A model generated the notes under the pieces. That model did not search any database and was not told the origin of the DNA. It saw only the letters and a program-made list of their open reading frames with translations. This document shows, one piece after another, positions 1 through 8,421 of a stretch of 32,000 bases of DNA. Both the position numbers and the translations under genes were made by a program. Numbering within the stretch: position 1 is the first letter of the stretch; every line of letters begins with the position of its first letter. Source of the DNA: Candidatus Methylomirabilis oxygeniifera (lineage in GTDB: Bacteria > Methylomirabilota > Methylomirabilia > Methylomirabilales > Methylomirabilaceae); the NCBI GenBank assembly GCA_000091165.1, contig FP565575.1, forward strand, positions 2,100,001-2,132,000, in the 5' to 3' direction.

Positions 1-819
1 CCAGACCTGCAGATGGGTCTCATGCTCTTCGGTGGGACGAAGCTCGCCGACATGCTGCCCATCTCCTACAGCGTGGGCGTCTATAACGGTTGCGGCCGGG
101 TCGATCAGTGCACCACCGATAACGACGGCGATAAGGAGTATACCGGTCGAATCACCATTGCGCCCCCGATGCCGATCGGGAATCTCACCGTCGGCGCCAA
201 CGCCGATTTCCGCACCTTCAACAATAAGAAGGGTGGCGCTCGCGACCTTGCGACGAATCCCGTCGCCGGCACCAACTACCACCGCTTCAACCCGACCAGC
301 GTGTTGGGCGACCTCTTCGGGGGTGACGGTAACGGCACGAGCATGAACGGCTTCCGGATCAACGGCGACCGCACCACGACCGGTGCCGACTTTGTGTATG
401 ACCTCTACCCGATCATCCTGACGGGTGAGTTCCACTACGCCTCCCAGGAGCGCGACGGATTGGGCACGGGCAGCAACGTCAATCTCGATGATCTCCGCAT
501 GATGGGTGGCTATGGAACCGTCGGCTATTGGGTCTTCGGCAACAAACTGAAGGGCCTGCTGGTCAACGGCCGCTACGAGCACCTGCGGGTCGACGATACG
601 AAGGGCAATTTCACAGCGGCTGCCGGTACTAATGAGCAGACGTTGAGGGTGCGCGTCGGCACCATGGGCGCAACCTGGTATGTCAACCCCAACATCTTCG
701 TCCGGGCTAACTACGTGCTTACCGACGTCAACCCGGGGAAAAACTTCTTTGGGGTGAGCAACAATACGCAAGGCGAGTTGACCCACCAGGGAATCGCCGA
801 GGCGGTATTCAAGTTCTAA
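1..819 (+). CDS. Outer-membrane beta-barrel porin-like protein, C-terminal part (5' end lies off-window)
   Basis: The frame is open from base 1 to the stop at 817-819. The protein is Gly/Asn/Tyr/Thr-rich with alternating amphipathic segments. It ends ...AEAVFKF, and a terminal Phe is typical of OMP barrels. The exact porin family cannot be assigned by eye. Confidence 0.6.
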   Translation, partial: PDLQMGLMLFGGTKLADMLPISYSVGVYNGCGRVDQCTTDNDGDKEYTGRITIAPPMPIGNLTVGANADFRTFNNKKGGARDLATNPVAGTNYHRFNPTSVLGDLFGGDGNGTSMNGFRINGDRTTTGADFVYDLYPIILTGEFHYASQERDGLGTGSNVNLDDLRMMGGYGTVGYWVFGNKLKGLLVNGRYEHLRVDDTKGNFTAAAGTNEQTLRVRVGTMGATWYVNPNIFVRANYVLTDVNPGKNFFGVSNNTQGELTHQGIAEAVFKF

Positions 820-843
820 TCTAGGAATTGATGGCAGGTTCTC

Positions 844-897
844 CCGAAGCTCACCAGGCGCAGAGTTCGTATGGGAACGGCACTTGGTGAGCTTCGG
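844..897 (+). terminator. Stem-loop after the porin gene, with no U-tract
   Basis: ccgaagctcacca (844-856) is perfectly complementary to tggtgagcttcgg (885-897), giving a 13-bp stem with a 28-nt loop. No T-run follows, so terminator function is uncertain. Confidence 0.3.
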
Positions 898-947
898 CAA
901 TCTGCTAACGCAACAGTCTTGAGTCGAGGAAGGAAGGAGATCTTATC

Positions 948-1199
948 ATGAAGTTCATCACGTTAGCCAAGGTGAGGCCTGGCGCATGGTCCAGGCTGAC
1001 CAGCGAGCTTCCTGCTGCCTGCTATGAGGGGATGAAGTGGGCGTACGTCACCTACGGCCAATATGATGTGGCGTTCGAATGGGAAGCGAAGGATTTGGAA
1101 ACAGCAAATAAGGTCATGAAGCATATGGCCGGATCCGACCTTCTGGCATCTGAGACTTTGGTCGTCGCTTCGACGCTGAAGGAATTCGGCCAAGTCTAG
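948..1199 (+). CDS. GYD-domain family small protein
   Basis: 83-aa ORF with SD GGAAGGAGAT 7 nt before the ATG. It has a ...YGQYDVAFEWEA... motif and a size typical of GYD-domain proteins. Confidence 0.6.
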   Translation: MKFITLAKVRPGAWSRLTSELPAACYEGMKWAYVTYGQYDVAFEWEAKDLETANKVMKHMAGSDLLASETLVVASTLKEFGQV

Positions 1200-1413
1200 C
1201 CACTATTCCCAGAACTTTAATCTGATCCCCGCAATAAACGCAATCCACGCGATAGGCGCAATCGACGCCTCAAGATTTTGACCACCCACTGCACCGCGCG
1301 CCGTACCAGTCGCTTTCTTTTCGTACCGAACGTATCAAACGACCTCTTACGCCTTCCTACTACCCCCTAGACTCCTAGAGCGTTGGACCGCCCTAAAACC
1401 GCAGAAGTTAGGC

Positions 1414-1442
1414 TTGACAAACTTATGGGAGCGATTTATCCT
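1414..1442 (+). promoter_or_regulatory. Sigma-70-like promoter about 250 nt upstream of ftsH
   Basis: TTGACA (1414-1419), 17-nt spacer, TATCCT (1437-1442). Confidence 0.4.
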
Positions 1443-1692
1443 GGCTACGTATGGCGTAGCTCCTGTAGGTAATCACCGGGAGTAAACCAGAGAGGCGTAG
1501 AGTGTGCCCCTCTTGTCGGCTTCCCTAACTGAACGTGGACATACTGATGAGAAAGAAAGGGTGGGCTGGCCGGTACGCGGGGATTAGTATGAGAGACTTT
1601 CGCTTAGAAAGGTGTTATGCGTCTTGTATGACGTCCCGGATTTTTGGTGCACGGTTTCAGTACGTCCGGATAACACAAAGGAGGTTATTGCC

Positions 1693-3621
1693 GTGAACAA
1701 GCGTTACCTGAAGGTTGCGGGTGTGGTCGCCCTGATCCTCGTGGTCACGGCCGTAGCCTTTCTACCGTTCTATTGGAATCCCAAGAAAGCTTCTAGTCAG
1801 GTGATCTTCAGTGACTTTATAGACCTAGTGGAAAAGGGGGAGCTCGCCGGAACGGTGATCTTCAACGAAAACAGCCACACCCTTTACTTCCATATCGCTT
1901 CAGGACAGCACCTGCGGACAGTGTACAGCAAAGAGGCTACCGCATCTCTACAAGAGCTGCTGAAGCAGAAGGGCGTCCACTTTGCTGTTGAGCCACAAAG
2001 CGGAGGCTCAATCTGGGTCAGCCTGTTATTCAACTTCCTGCCCTTCCTTCTGATTATCGGACTGTTTGTGCTGATGAGCCGACGGTCCCAGATGGGGGGT
2101 GGTGGCGGCGGTCCGATGGCATTCGGAAAATCAAAGGCCAAACTCCACGACGCATCCAAGCCCAAGGTGACGTTCGCGGACGTCGCCGGAGAGGAAGAGC
2201 CAAAGGAAGAGCTGCTGGAGGTTATTGAGTTTTTGAAACATCCTCAAAAGTATCAGGCGCTGCACGCCAAAATCCCAAGAGGATTGCTGCTGGTAGGTCC
2301 CCCAGGCTGCGGAAAGACGCTCCTGGCCAAGGCCGTTGCCGGGGAGGCCGGGGTCCCCTTCTTCTCGCTTTCCGGTTCCGAGTTCGTGGAGGTCTTCGTC
2401 GGTGTGGGCGCCAGCCGCGTCCGCGATCTGTTTGAGCAGGCCAAGAAGAACGCCCCGTGCCTGGTCTTCATCGACGAGATCGACGCAGTAGGTCGCCACC
2501 GCGGGGCCGGCCTTGGTGGCGGCAATGATGAGCGCGAGCAGACGTTAAACCAACTACTGGTGGCCATGGACGGCTTTGAGGCCAATATCGGGATCATTGT
2601 GATTGCCGCCACCAACCGACCGGATATCCTGGATCCTGCGTTGCTGCGCCCAGGGCGATTTGACCGGCGCATCATCGTGGATAACCCGGACAGCAAAGGC
2701 CGTAAGGCGATCCTGCAAGTGCACCTGCGCGAGATACCGCTGGCAGCAGACGTCAACGTTGACGTGCTCGCCAAACAGACGCCTGGATTTTCAGGAGCGG
2801 ATCTTGCCAGCGTGGTGAACGAGGGGGCGCTTTTGGCTGCCCGGCGCGACAAAGACCGCGTCAGTATGGTCGACTTTGACGAGGCGGTCGAGCGAGTCAT
2901 TGCGGGGCCGTTGCGCCGCAGTCGCGCCTTGACTCCGAAAGAGCGCGAGATGGTGGCCTATCATGAAGCCGGCCATGCCATCCTGCGTAAGCTCCTGCCT
3001 AAGGCCGATCCGCCCCATAAGGTGACGATTGTCTCGCGCGGGATGGCGCTTGGCTATGTCATGGGAGCACCGCCGGAGGACCGCTACACCCGGACGCGCT
3101 CCGAACTGATGGCGGAGGTCAGTGTCGGCATGGGTGGCCGTGTCGCCGAGGATCTGATCTTCGGCGAGATTACCACCGGCGCCTCAAATGACTTTGAGCA
3201 GGCCACCAACATGGTGCGCCGAATGGTGACCAATTTCGGGATGTCGGATAAACTCGGTCCGGTGACCCTGGGTAGACAGGGCGGTCCCGTCTTTCTCGGT
3301 CGCGATATGATCGACAGTAGAAACTACAGTGAGGAGATCGCCTACCAGATCGACCAGGAGGTCCGCCGGATCATCGATGAGTGCTACCAGGTGGCCCGCC
3401 AGGCGATCGAGACAAACCGCGAGAAACTGCAGCGGGTGGCAAAAGCCCTGATCGAACGCGAAACCCTCTATGCCGAGGAGTTGGACGACGTGATGGCGGG
3501 AAAGGTCGTAGCGCTTGAACCATCGCGGGCTGCCGCCAGTGGTGAAGCAGCGGTTGTCGAGGCCGGCACTGAGAATGCGTCGCCCGCGACGCCGTCGGCG
3601 CCTGCGCCACCACCGGCCTGA
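1693..3621 (+). CDS. ftsH: ATP-dependent zinc metalloprotease FtsH
   Basis: The start was moved to GTG 1693 (AAGGAGG 8 nt upstream) inside ORF 1612-3621. It has two N-terminal TM helices, Walker A GPPGCGKT, Walker B LVFIDEID and the zinc motif HEAGHAI. Confidence 0.95.
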   Translation: MNKRYLKVAGVVALILVVTAVAFLPFYWNPKKASSQVIFSDFIDLVEKGELAGTVIFNENSHTLYFHIASGQHLRTVYSKEATASLQELLKQKGVHFAVEPQSGGSIWVSLLFNFLPFLLIIGLFVLMSRRSQMGGGGGGPMAFGKSKAKLHDASKPKVTFADVAGEEEPKEELLEVIEFLKHPQKYQALHAKIPRGLLLVGPPGCGKTLLAKAVAGEAGVPFFSLSGSEFVEVFVGVGASRVRDLFEQAKKNAPCLVFIDEIDAVGRHRGAGLGGGNDEREQTLNQLLVAMDGFEANIGIIVIAATNRPDILDPALLRPGRFDRRIIVDNPDSKGRKAILQVHLREIPLAADVNVDVLAKQTPGFSGADLASVVNEGALLAARRDKDRVSMVDFDEAVERVIAGPLRRSRALTPKEREMVAYHEAGHAILRKLLPKADPPHKVTIVSRGMALGYVMGAPPEDRYTRTRSELMAEVSVGMGGRVAEDLIFGEITTGASNDFEQATNMVRRMVTNFGMSDKLGPVTLGRQGGPVFLGRDMIDSRNYSEEIAYQIDQEVRRIIDECYQVARQAIETNREKLQRVAKALIERETLYAEELDDVMAGKVVALEPSRAAASGEAAVVEAGTENASPATPSAPAPPPA

Positions 3622-3659
3622 ACTGCGGTATCCCGCGTGACCGGAAGGGCCCAAATAAA

Positions 3660-3706
3660 AACCCTCTCACGGAATTCACACCATCCGTGAGAGGGTTAAC
3701 TTTTTT
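3660..3706. terminator. Bidirectional rho-independent terminator between ftsH (+) and the PmoD-like gene (-)
   Basis: aaccctctcacgg (3660-3672) pairs with ccgtgagagggtt (3685-3697). It is followed by TTTTTT on the + strand and preceded by AAATAAAA, which reads as a T-run on the - strand. Confidence 0.8.
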
Positions 3707-3743
3707 AACAGGTTTCAGACAGTTGTCATTTCTAGCTTGACCC

Positions 3744-3786
3744 GGAATCCAGTGCCTTTCTGGATTCCCGCTTTCGCGAGGACGAC
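3744..3786 (+). repeat. Double-hairpin dispersed repeat, copy A
   Basis: Sequence is ggaatccag-N7-ctggattcc-cgctttcgcg-aggacgac. A second copy with the same architecture lies at 19827-19872. The spurious ORF 3737-4066 reads ...FWIPAFARTT across it. Confidence 0.6.
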
Positions 3787-3802
3787 ATCTGTAGAAGAAA
3801 GG

Positions 3803-4567
3803 TTACGCCGCTTTTTTCTTGCGTCTCACATACAGCACGGCGCCGATTCCCACGCCGGCAACCGTCATCACCAAAATTGCCGGATTGCTCATCATGGACG
3901 GACCGCGCGCGCCCCCCCCCCTGGGTGTCTTCAATCCGACGGTAAAGGGGAAGCTGAAGGTCGAATCGTGTGCATGATACGCCTCCTCTTCCGCTGTACT
4001 GGTATGCTGCTCGGCGCCGTCGTGACTGTGACTGACCGCCTCCGGTGCGTCGCCTCCGGCACGTGATCTCGCTCCCTGCTCCTCAACCTCCAGTACCGCC
4101 CTATACTTCCCGGCTTTTCCGAAATCCGTCTCAGCCCGCACGACACCTGAAGGATAGACCTGTTGAGGGATATACAGAACCGTTTGGGCGTCTTCACGCT
4201 CGGTGGCCTCGACGACGCGGACCGCCACAGGGGTCTTTCGCAGGGCATCGCTGATAAGATCAAACGTCAGCGTCGCCTTTCCTGTTCTTGGAATATCCCG
4301 ACAGTAGGATTGAAACTCTTCCTTCATCGCATCCACGTACCGCCTCAGGTCCGCATCCTTAAGCTCTTTGAGCTGAGCCAGCTGTGAGGCCCGGTCCGCC
4401 GTCCCATGCTGATAGGCGCTGAAGTGAATGAGATACTGCCCTTTCTCCCTCGAACAGAGATCGTTCTCCGTGATCCCACCCATGCCGCCGCCACCGTGAG
4501 CCCATGCCTGCGACGCTCCCATCACAGCCATCAGCGCTACAACTCCAATCGAAACACACTGCTTCAT
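3803..4567 (-). CDS. Secreted, C-terminally membrane-anchored His-rich protein; putative PmoD/AmoD-like periplasmic copper protein (paralogue 1)
   Basis: 254 aa. The signal peptide ends ...GASQAWA and is followed by HGGGG. It carries C38-x7-L-x-H48, EFQSYC, a His/acidic linker (SHSHDGAEQH..YHAHD), SFPFTVGL, one C-terminal TM helix and RRKKK. It lies 300 nt downstream of pmoB on the same strand and has a paralogue at 25467-26243. Confidence 0.85.
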   Translation of the reverse strand: MKQCVSIGVVALMAVMGASQAWAHGGGGMGGITENDLCSREKGQYLIHFSAYQHGTADRASQLAQLKELKDADLRRYVDAMKEEFQSYCRDIPRTGKATLTFDLISDALRKTPVAVRVVEATEREDAQTVLYIPQQVYPSGVVRAETDFGKAGKYRAVLEVEEQGARSRAGGDAPEAVSHSHDGAEQHTSTAEEEAYHAHDSTFSFPFTVGLKTPRGGGARGPSMMSNPAILVMTVAGVGIGAVLYVRRKKKAA

Positions 4568-4800
4568 GGCCTAACCTACTTCCATCGCGACCATCCCCTG
4601 TTGGTCTTTCTCGTACGCTCCCGAAGCACCGCCGTAGTGCATACAACAGATCCCTGCACGCATTGCGTTCACTGAATCGGTCGAGGGAGGTATGTCAACG
4701 AGATTCCGTTCATGGCTCGACAAAGTCCTGACAGGGACGGATGATAAAGGGGATTGTGAGGCACTACACTAACCGTGAGGAATGTTGAATGCGGTGGTGA

Positions 4801-4854
4801 GGGTCCCCCACCCCTTGAATTCTCCGTTATGTGAAGCTCAAGGGGTGGGGACCC
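4801..4854 (-). terminator. Strong GC-rich stem-loop 13 nt after the micro-ORF stop; leaky terminator or 3' mRNA stabiliser of the pmo transcript
   Basis: gggtcccccaccccttga (4801-4818) pairs with tcaaggggtggggaccc (4838-4854), giving a 17-bp stem with one bulged C. No U-tract follows on the minus strand. Confidence 0.45.
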
Positions 4855-4866
4855 TTCCACCTCCAC

Positions 4867-4950
4867 CTATGCCTGGTTCACCAGTGTCATCAGAACAAAT
4901 ATCAGCATGATAAGTAGCGCTAAGTTCATCCCTTGTGCGGCGAATTCCAT
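4867..4950 (-). CDS. 27-aa single-TM micro-protein immediately downstream of pmoB (candidate pMMO-associated peptide)
   Basis: It sits below the 60-aa cutoff of the track, as the C-terminal part of ORF 4867-5130. The ATG at 4950 is preceded by GGAGGGAG with 6-nt spacing and lies 19 nt after the pmoB stop. The peptide is MEFAAQGMNLALLIMLIFVLMTLVNQA. A stem-loop follows. Confidence 0.55.
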   Translation of the reverse strand: MEFAAQGMNLALLIMLIFVLMTLVNQA

Positions 4951-4969
4951 GATCGTCTCCCTCCTTCCG

Positions 4970-6238
4970 CTATTTGTACTGGGTAGTCGGCCGCCATTTG
5001 CCTCCGCCGGACAGGGCCGTTGCGCCACCCTCGAAGGACGGAATGACCGGGCCGCCGACCTCAACAATTTGTCTGTTCTTATCCGCATCAAAGAACTCAA
5101 AGAGTCCGCCGTACCGGCTGTCTGAGTCATAGATCAACTCAGCCAACCGCTGATATTCCCATTCCGCATCGGTCGCATCTATCGACATCGTTACGGTCTG
5201 GCCTGGAGGGATGGGACCGGCCGGCTCCACCTTGATTTTGAGTCGCGAGTCAGGGAAGAGGGCCGGATCCCGAAACTGCAGGTTGGCCGTGATGAATCCT
5301 CCCAATTGCTGAGGCCTGTTTGAACCGTTTGTGACCTCTATCACCATCCCAAGAGAACGTCCAGGTACGGTATAGACCGCTGTGACAGGCCTGGCCTTCA
5401 CCGTGGCATGGGAATACGGCGTAAACTCTGTCGTGGGCTTCAGTTCGGGAGTATCCATCCGACCGGTCTGCAGCGGGATGGTGATTGGGTAGGCGCCGTT
5501 CGTCGTGACGTAGCCGATAGCGACGATGAGGACCGTGGCGATCATCAGTACGAGTCCAAGCGTCCGATCGCCGGGGCTAACAAGCTCCTCCTCAGGTACC
5601 ACTCCCACCTGGAAGAGACGTCGCGTAAATGGCCGTCGTACCCACCACAGCAACCAGAACACACCGACAAAAGTCCAGAGGAGCCACCAGCCGATGATCC
5701 GACCTTGCCCATGGACCTCCATATTCACTGTCGTACCATCAATGGTGGTAACGTTATTGGTGAAGTTACTCCAGTCGCCATCGACGGTGACGAACTCGCC
5801 TCCACCGACCAGGGGCCCTCCACCCTCGATATTCACCATCGGGTGAACGTGATAGGTCCCGGTGACCCGGCCCATAATATTCATTCTATAATCATAGTCT
5901 CCGCCAAGTTGAGTACTGGTGGCGTTGATGACCGGCATGCCATTCATCCATGCCTCTTTCTTGAGCATTGATGGCCCAGGCACGGAGTAATGGAGAAAGA
6001 TCGATTCGGGGGTGTTTACGGCCCTCGGCCATTCACTAAATGTATGGAACTTTCCCGTCAGATCCATGGTCTCGCCAGGCTGTACCCGAGCTTTTGACCA
6101 TTTCGTATCGTAGAACGTTATTGTACGCATCCGAAGAAACGGCTCTTGCGATCGCTCGCCATGCGCCCATGCCGTTCCAGCGGATACGGCGATCACTCCA
6201 AGCAAGATCGCCGACAACGCCGCTCGTCCTATCCTCAT
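4970..6238 (-). CDS. pmoB: Particulate methane monooxygenase subunit B (PmoB)
   Basis: The start was moved to ATG 6238 (GGGAGGAT SD 5 nt upstream) within ORF 4970-6295. The signal peptide ends ...SAGTAWA, then HGERSQEPFLRMRT. It has the YHVHPM His motif, two TM helices (WWLLWTFVGVFWLLWW and LGLVLMIATVLIVAIGYV) and a C-terminal cupredoxin-like domain. Confidence 0.95.
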   Translation of the reverse strand: MRIGRAALSAILLGVIAVSAGTAWAHGERSQEPFLRMRTITFYDTKWSKARVQPGETMDLTGKFHTFSEWPRAVNTPESIFLHYSVPGPSMLKKEAWMNGMPVINATSTQLGGDYDYRMNIMGRVTGTYHVHPMVNIEGGGPLVGGGEFVTVDGDWSNFTNNVTTIDGTTVNMEVHGQGRIIGWWLLWTFVGVFWLLWWVRRPFTRRLFQVGVVPEEELVSPGDRTLGLVLMIATVLIVAIGYVTTNGAYPITIPLQTGRMDTPELKPTTEFTPYSHATVKARPVTAVYTVPGRSLGMVIEVTNGSNRPQQLGGFITANLQFRDPALFPDSRLKIKVEPAGPIPPGQTVTMSIDATDAEWEYQRLAELIYDSDSRYGGLFEFFDADKNRQIVEVGGPVIPSFEGGATALSGGGKWRPTTQYK

Positions 6239-6348
6239 CGTTATCCTCCCAGGTTCGTGGGTAAGCGTCAACACATTCGCATCATAGCGCCACATGGGGT
6301 TGCCTTATAGCCTTCCATCGAGAACCCCACGGCCCACATCGATGACAA

Positions 6349-7080
6349 CTACGTCCGCGAGATCCATGCCGGCCTTGAGATTACCTTCCCCATCCACACC
6401 CACCAGAGGTAGATAATTCCACTAATAAATCCGGCGAAGAACGAGGAAACCGGCGTAACGTCGCGCCCGAATGTTCGCAGCGTCCCCCGCTCCACGATTC
6501 GGATATACTCCGGCGTGGCGGAGCGCACATACTCCATCCCCATCAGATCAGCGATGGACATGAGCGGCCCGCTGGGATGCTTCACGGCCAAATGAAATGG
6601 CGCCAGCCAGGTCCAGTTCGCCGGATAGAACAACAGGGACCACCCCATGCCACCGAACAGTGCCGTAAACATGTAGCTTCCCGTCATCATCAGCATCACG
6701 TCCAGGAAGATCGCACTGGGGATCATCAGACCCGGGGCGGTAAAATTGACCGGAAACCAGGCCCAATAGTAAAAGTTAAAGACACGATTCATCCATTGTC
6801 CGAAGTGAAGCGTCATCACGCAAAAGGTCGCACCGATCGGCAGACGCATCTTCTCCCACATGAAATATTGCGTCGCCGCAGGGAAGGTAATCAACAGGAT
6901 CGGCGTCAACGTGACCCACCAGCGCCGATCCTTCCAGTCCAGCCAGAAGTCCCAGTCGCCAACGGTCAGCATCTGGTGGATGTGGTACCCCGCAACTGTA
7001 CCTGTGAACGCAGCCACTATGACAATAATATCAAACTTGCGCTCCAGGCTTAGAGCTTGCTGTTGTGTCAAAAGCGCCAT
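6349..7080 (-). CDS. pmoA: Particulate methane monooxygenase subunit A (PmoA)
   Basis: The start was moved to ATG 7080 (GAGGAGGGG SD) within ORF 6349-7143. The product is a 243-aa polytopic membrane protein with the characteristic ...MLTVGDWDFWLDWKDRRWWVT... motif. Confidence 0.95.
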   Translation of the reverse strand: MALLTQQQALSLERKFDIIVIVAAFTGTVAGYHIHQMLTVGDWDFWLDWKDRRWWVTLTPILLITFPAATQYFMWEKMRLPIGATFCVMTLHFGQWMNRVFNFYYWAWFPVNFTAPGLMIPSAIFLDVMLMMTGSYMFTALFGGMGWSLLFYPANWTWLAPFHLAVKHPSGPLMSIADLMGMEYVRSATPEYIRIVERGTLRTFGRDVTPVSSFFAGFISGIIYLWWVWMGKVISRPAWISRT

Positions 7081-7186
7081 AAGCTCTTCCCCTCCTCGAA
7101 GGGAGGGGGGGGGAGCAACCACCCCCCCTCCACATTTGGTCATGTAGACTTTGGGGACCTCAAAAAACGATCCTCAACGAGTATCG

Positions 7187-7963
7187 TTACGCGGTCGCCT
7201 TACCACCGCTGGTGATCCTGATCAACTCAAAGATCCGCGGACACATCGCCGCCGCCACGCCATACACCCCAAACAGACACCAACCCAGCGTGACAAAGCC
7301 CCAATGCAGCGGCGCCACAAACAGCTCTTCCATGATCCAGAAGGTGTGACCCCACTCGTTCAGCGCGACATTGACAAAGATCATCGCAGGGCCGCCGACC
7401 GTGAGCATGAACGGGATCGAGTGGGCCTTCGAAAATAGGGGGAGTCGGGTCCGGGCCCACATGTAGGCGCTAATCCCGATGATGATGTAGATCGGGTAGC
7501 TGAGATAGAACTCAATGATGTGGCTCGGCGTAAAGTCCGTATCGCGGATCACCGTCTGGTGCCACGTCCCGTCCTGCTCGGTAAAGAAGCTGGCGCCCCA
7601 ATACACCGCCCAGGCGAACGTCGCGATCCACTGCCCGAGACCCCAGAACCGCCTGAGCTCCTCCTCCGGCGTAATTTTATCGAGGTTCCGGTCGCGAGTC
7701 TTCCAGATGTACCCCAGGGCGAAGGTCAGCACCGCCCCCTCGATAATCAACTCCCCGATCAACATGTTCCACCAGTAGATCCGGAAGTCCTCGGAGAAGA
7801 AGTCGAGGCCTTTCGACCAGGAGAAGTACTGCTGGTAAATCCGAATCATAACGTAGAAGATGCTAATAGCTATCTGACATTTAAAGAAGGTGCCCCAGCC
7901 AAACATCTGCTCGACTGACTCGGCGCGCTTAGCCGGCGCAGCTTCCGTCCTGTACTGTGCCAT
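7187..7963 (-). CDS. pmoC: Particulate methane monooxygenase subunit C (PmoC)
   Basis: 258 aa, with AAGGAGGAAGG SD before ATG 7963. Conserved PmoC motifs RDTDFTPSH and NEWGHTFWIMEELFVAPLH are present. Gene order C-A-B is canonical. Confidence 0.95.
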   Translation of the reverse strand: MAQYRTEAAPAKRAESVEQMFGWGTFFKCQIAISIFYVMIRIYQQYFSWSKGLDFFSEDFRIYWWNMLIGELIIEGAVLTFALGYIWKTRDRNLDKITPEEELRRFWGLGQWIATFAWAVYWGASFFTEQDGTWHQTVIRDTDFTPSHIIEFYLSYPIYIIIGISAYMWARTRLPLFSKAHSIPFMLTVGGPAMIFVNVALNEWGHTFWIMEELFVAPLHWGFVTLGWCLFGVYGVAAAMCPRIFELIRITSGGKATA

Positions 7964-8155
7964 TTGATCCTTCCTCCTTACGCTCTGAACATGTTACATA
8001 ACGTAGACGGCACTACTCTAAGACCGCACTTCCCCTTACTTTCTCTTGACGCCGATTCTCACCTCCTTTGTCGCCACTGACGTAACAGGTTGAGGTTTAC
8101 GGTCGTTGTTGCTCAACAAAATCGCTCTTTGGAAACCTTGTTCTAAGAAGATGTT

Positions 8156-8185
8156 AGCATATGTCGCGATTGAAACACCTGTCAA
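8156..8185 (-). promoter_or_regulatory. Sigma-70-like promoter in the pmoC upstream region
   Basis: Minus strand reads TTGACA (8185-8180), 18-nt spacer, TATGCT (8161-8156). It lies about 190 nt upstream of the pmoC ATG. Confidence 0.4.
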
Positions 8186-8276
8186 GTCCTTTTTGCCTTC
8201 CGAACCCTGTTCCAACCTTGATCACATTGACACCTGCATCCGAGCAATACTGAAGACAACACTAAGACTTTAATAC

Positions 8277-8291
8277 GCAAGGATGGTGCCA
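8277..8291 (-). promoter_or_regulatory. Sigma-54 (-24/-12) promoter upstream of pmoCAB
   Basis: Minus strand reads TGGCAC-catcc-TTGC, an exact match to the TGGCAC-N5-TTGC consensus. It lies about 315 nt upstream of the pmoC ATG and 131-154 bp downstream of a repeated palindrome. A sigma-54 activator gene is adjacent. Confidence 0.6.
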
Positions 8292-8421
8292 AACGTAGTG
8301 GCAATCGGTATTGAGCCTACTTTCACCAGTGAAATCAAGAGGTTCAAATAGTGACTTCAAAGAAACGCCATGGGTCGCAACAGAATTTCTAGTTAATTTT
8401 CATTAGAACGCCCCACCCTGC

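Noticed and set aside
3737-4066. 109-aa ORF beginning MTRNPVPFWIPAFARTT
   Set aside because: Its N-terminus is the translation of the double-hairpin repeat, and the rest is antisense to the PmoD-like gene. It is a classic repeat-derived spurious ORF.
4669-4866. 65-aa ORF on the minus strand between the pmo operon and the PmoD-like gene
   Set aside because: It spans the GC hairpin, has no SD and has a Pro/Ser/Gly-rich nonsense-like sequence.
4867-5130. Full 87-aa version of the ORF containing the micro-ORF
   Set aside because: Its first 60 codons overlap the 3' end of pmoB in another frame and lack an SD. Only the last 27 codons, from ATG 4950 with GGAGGGAG, are plausible.
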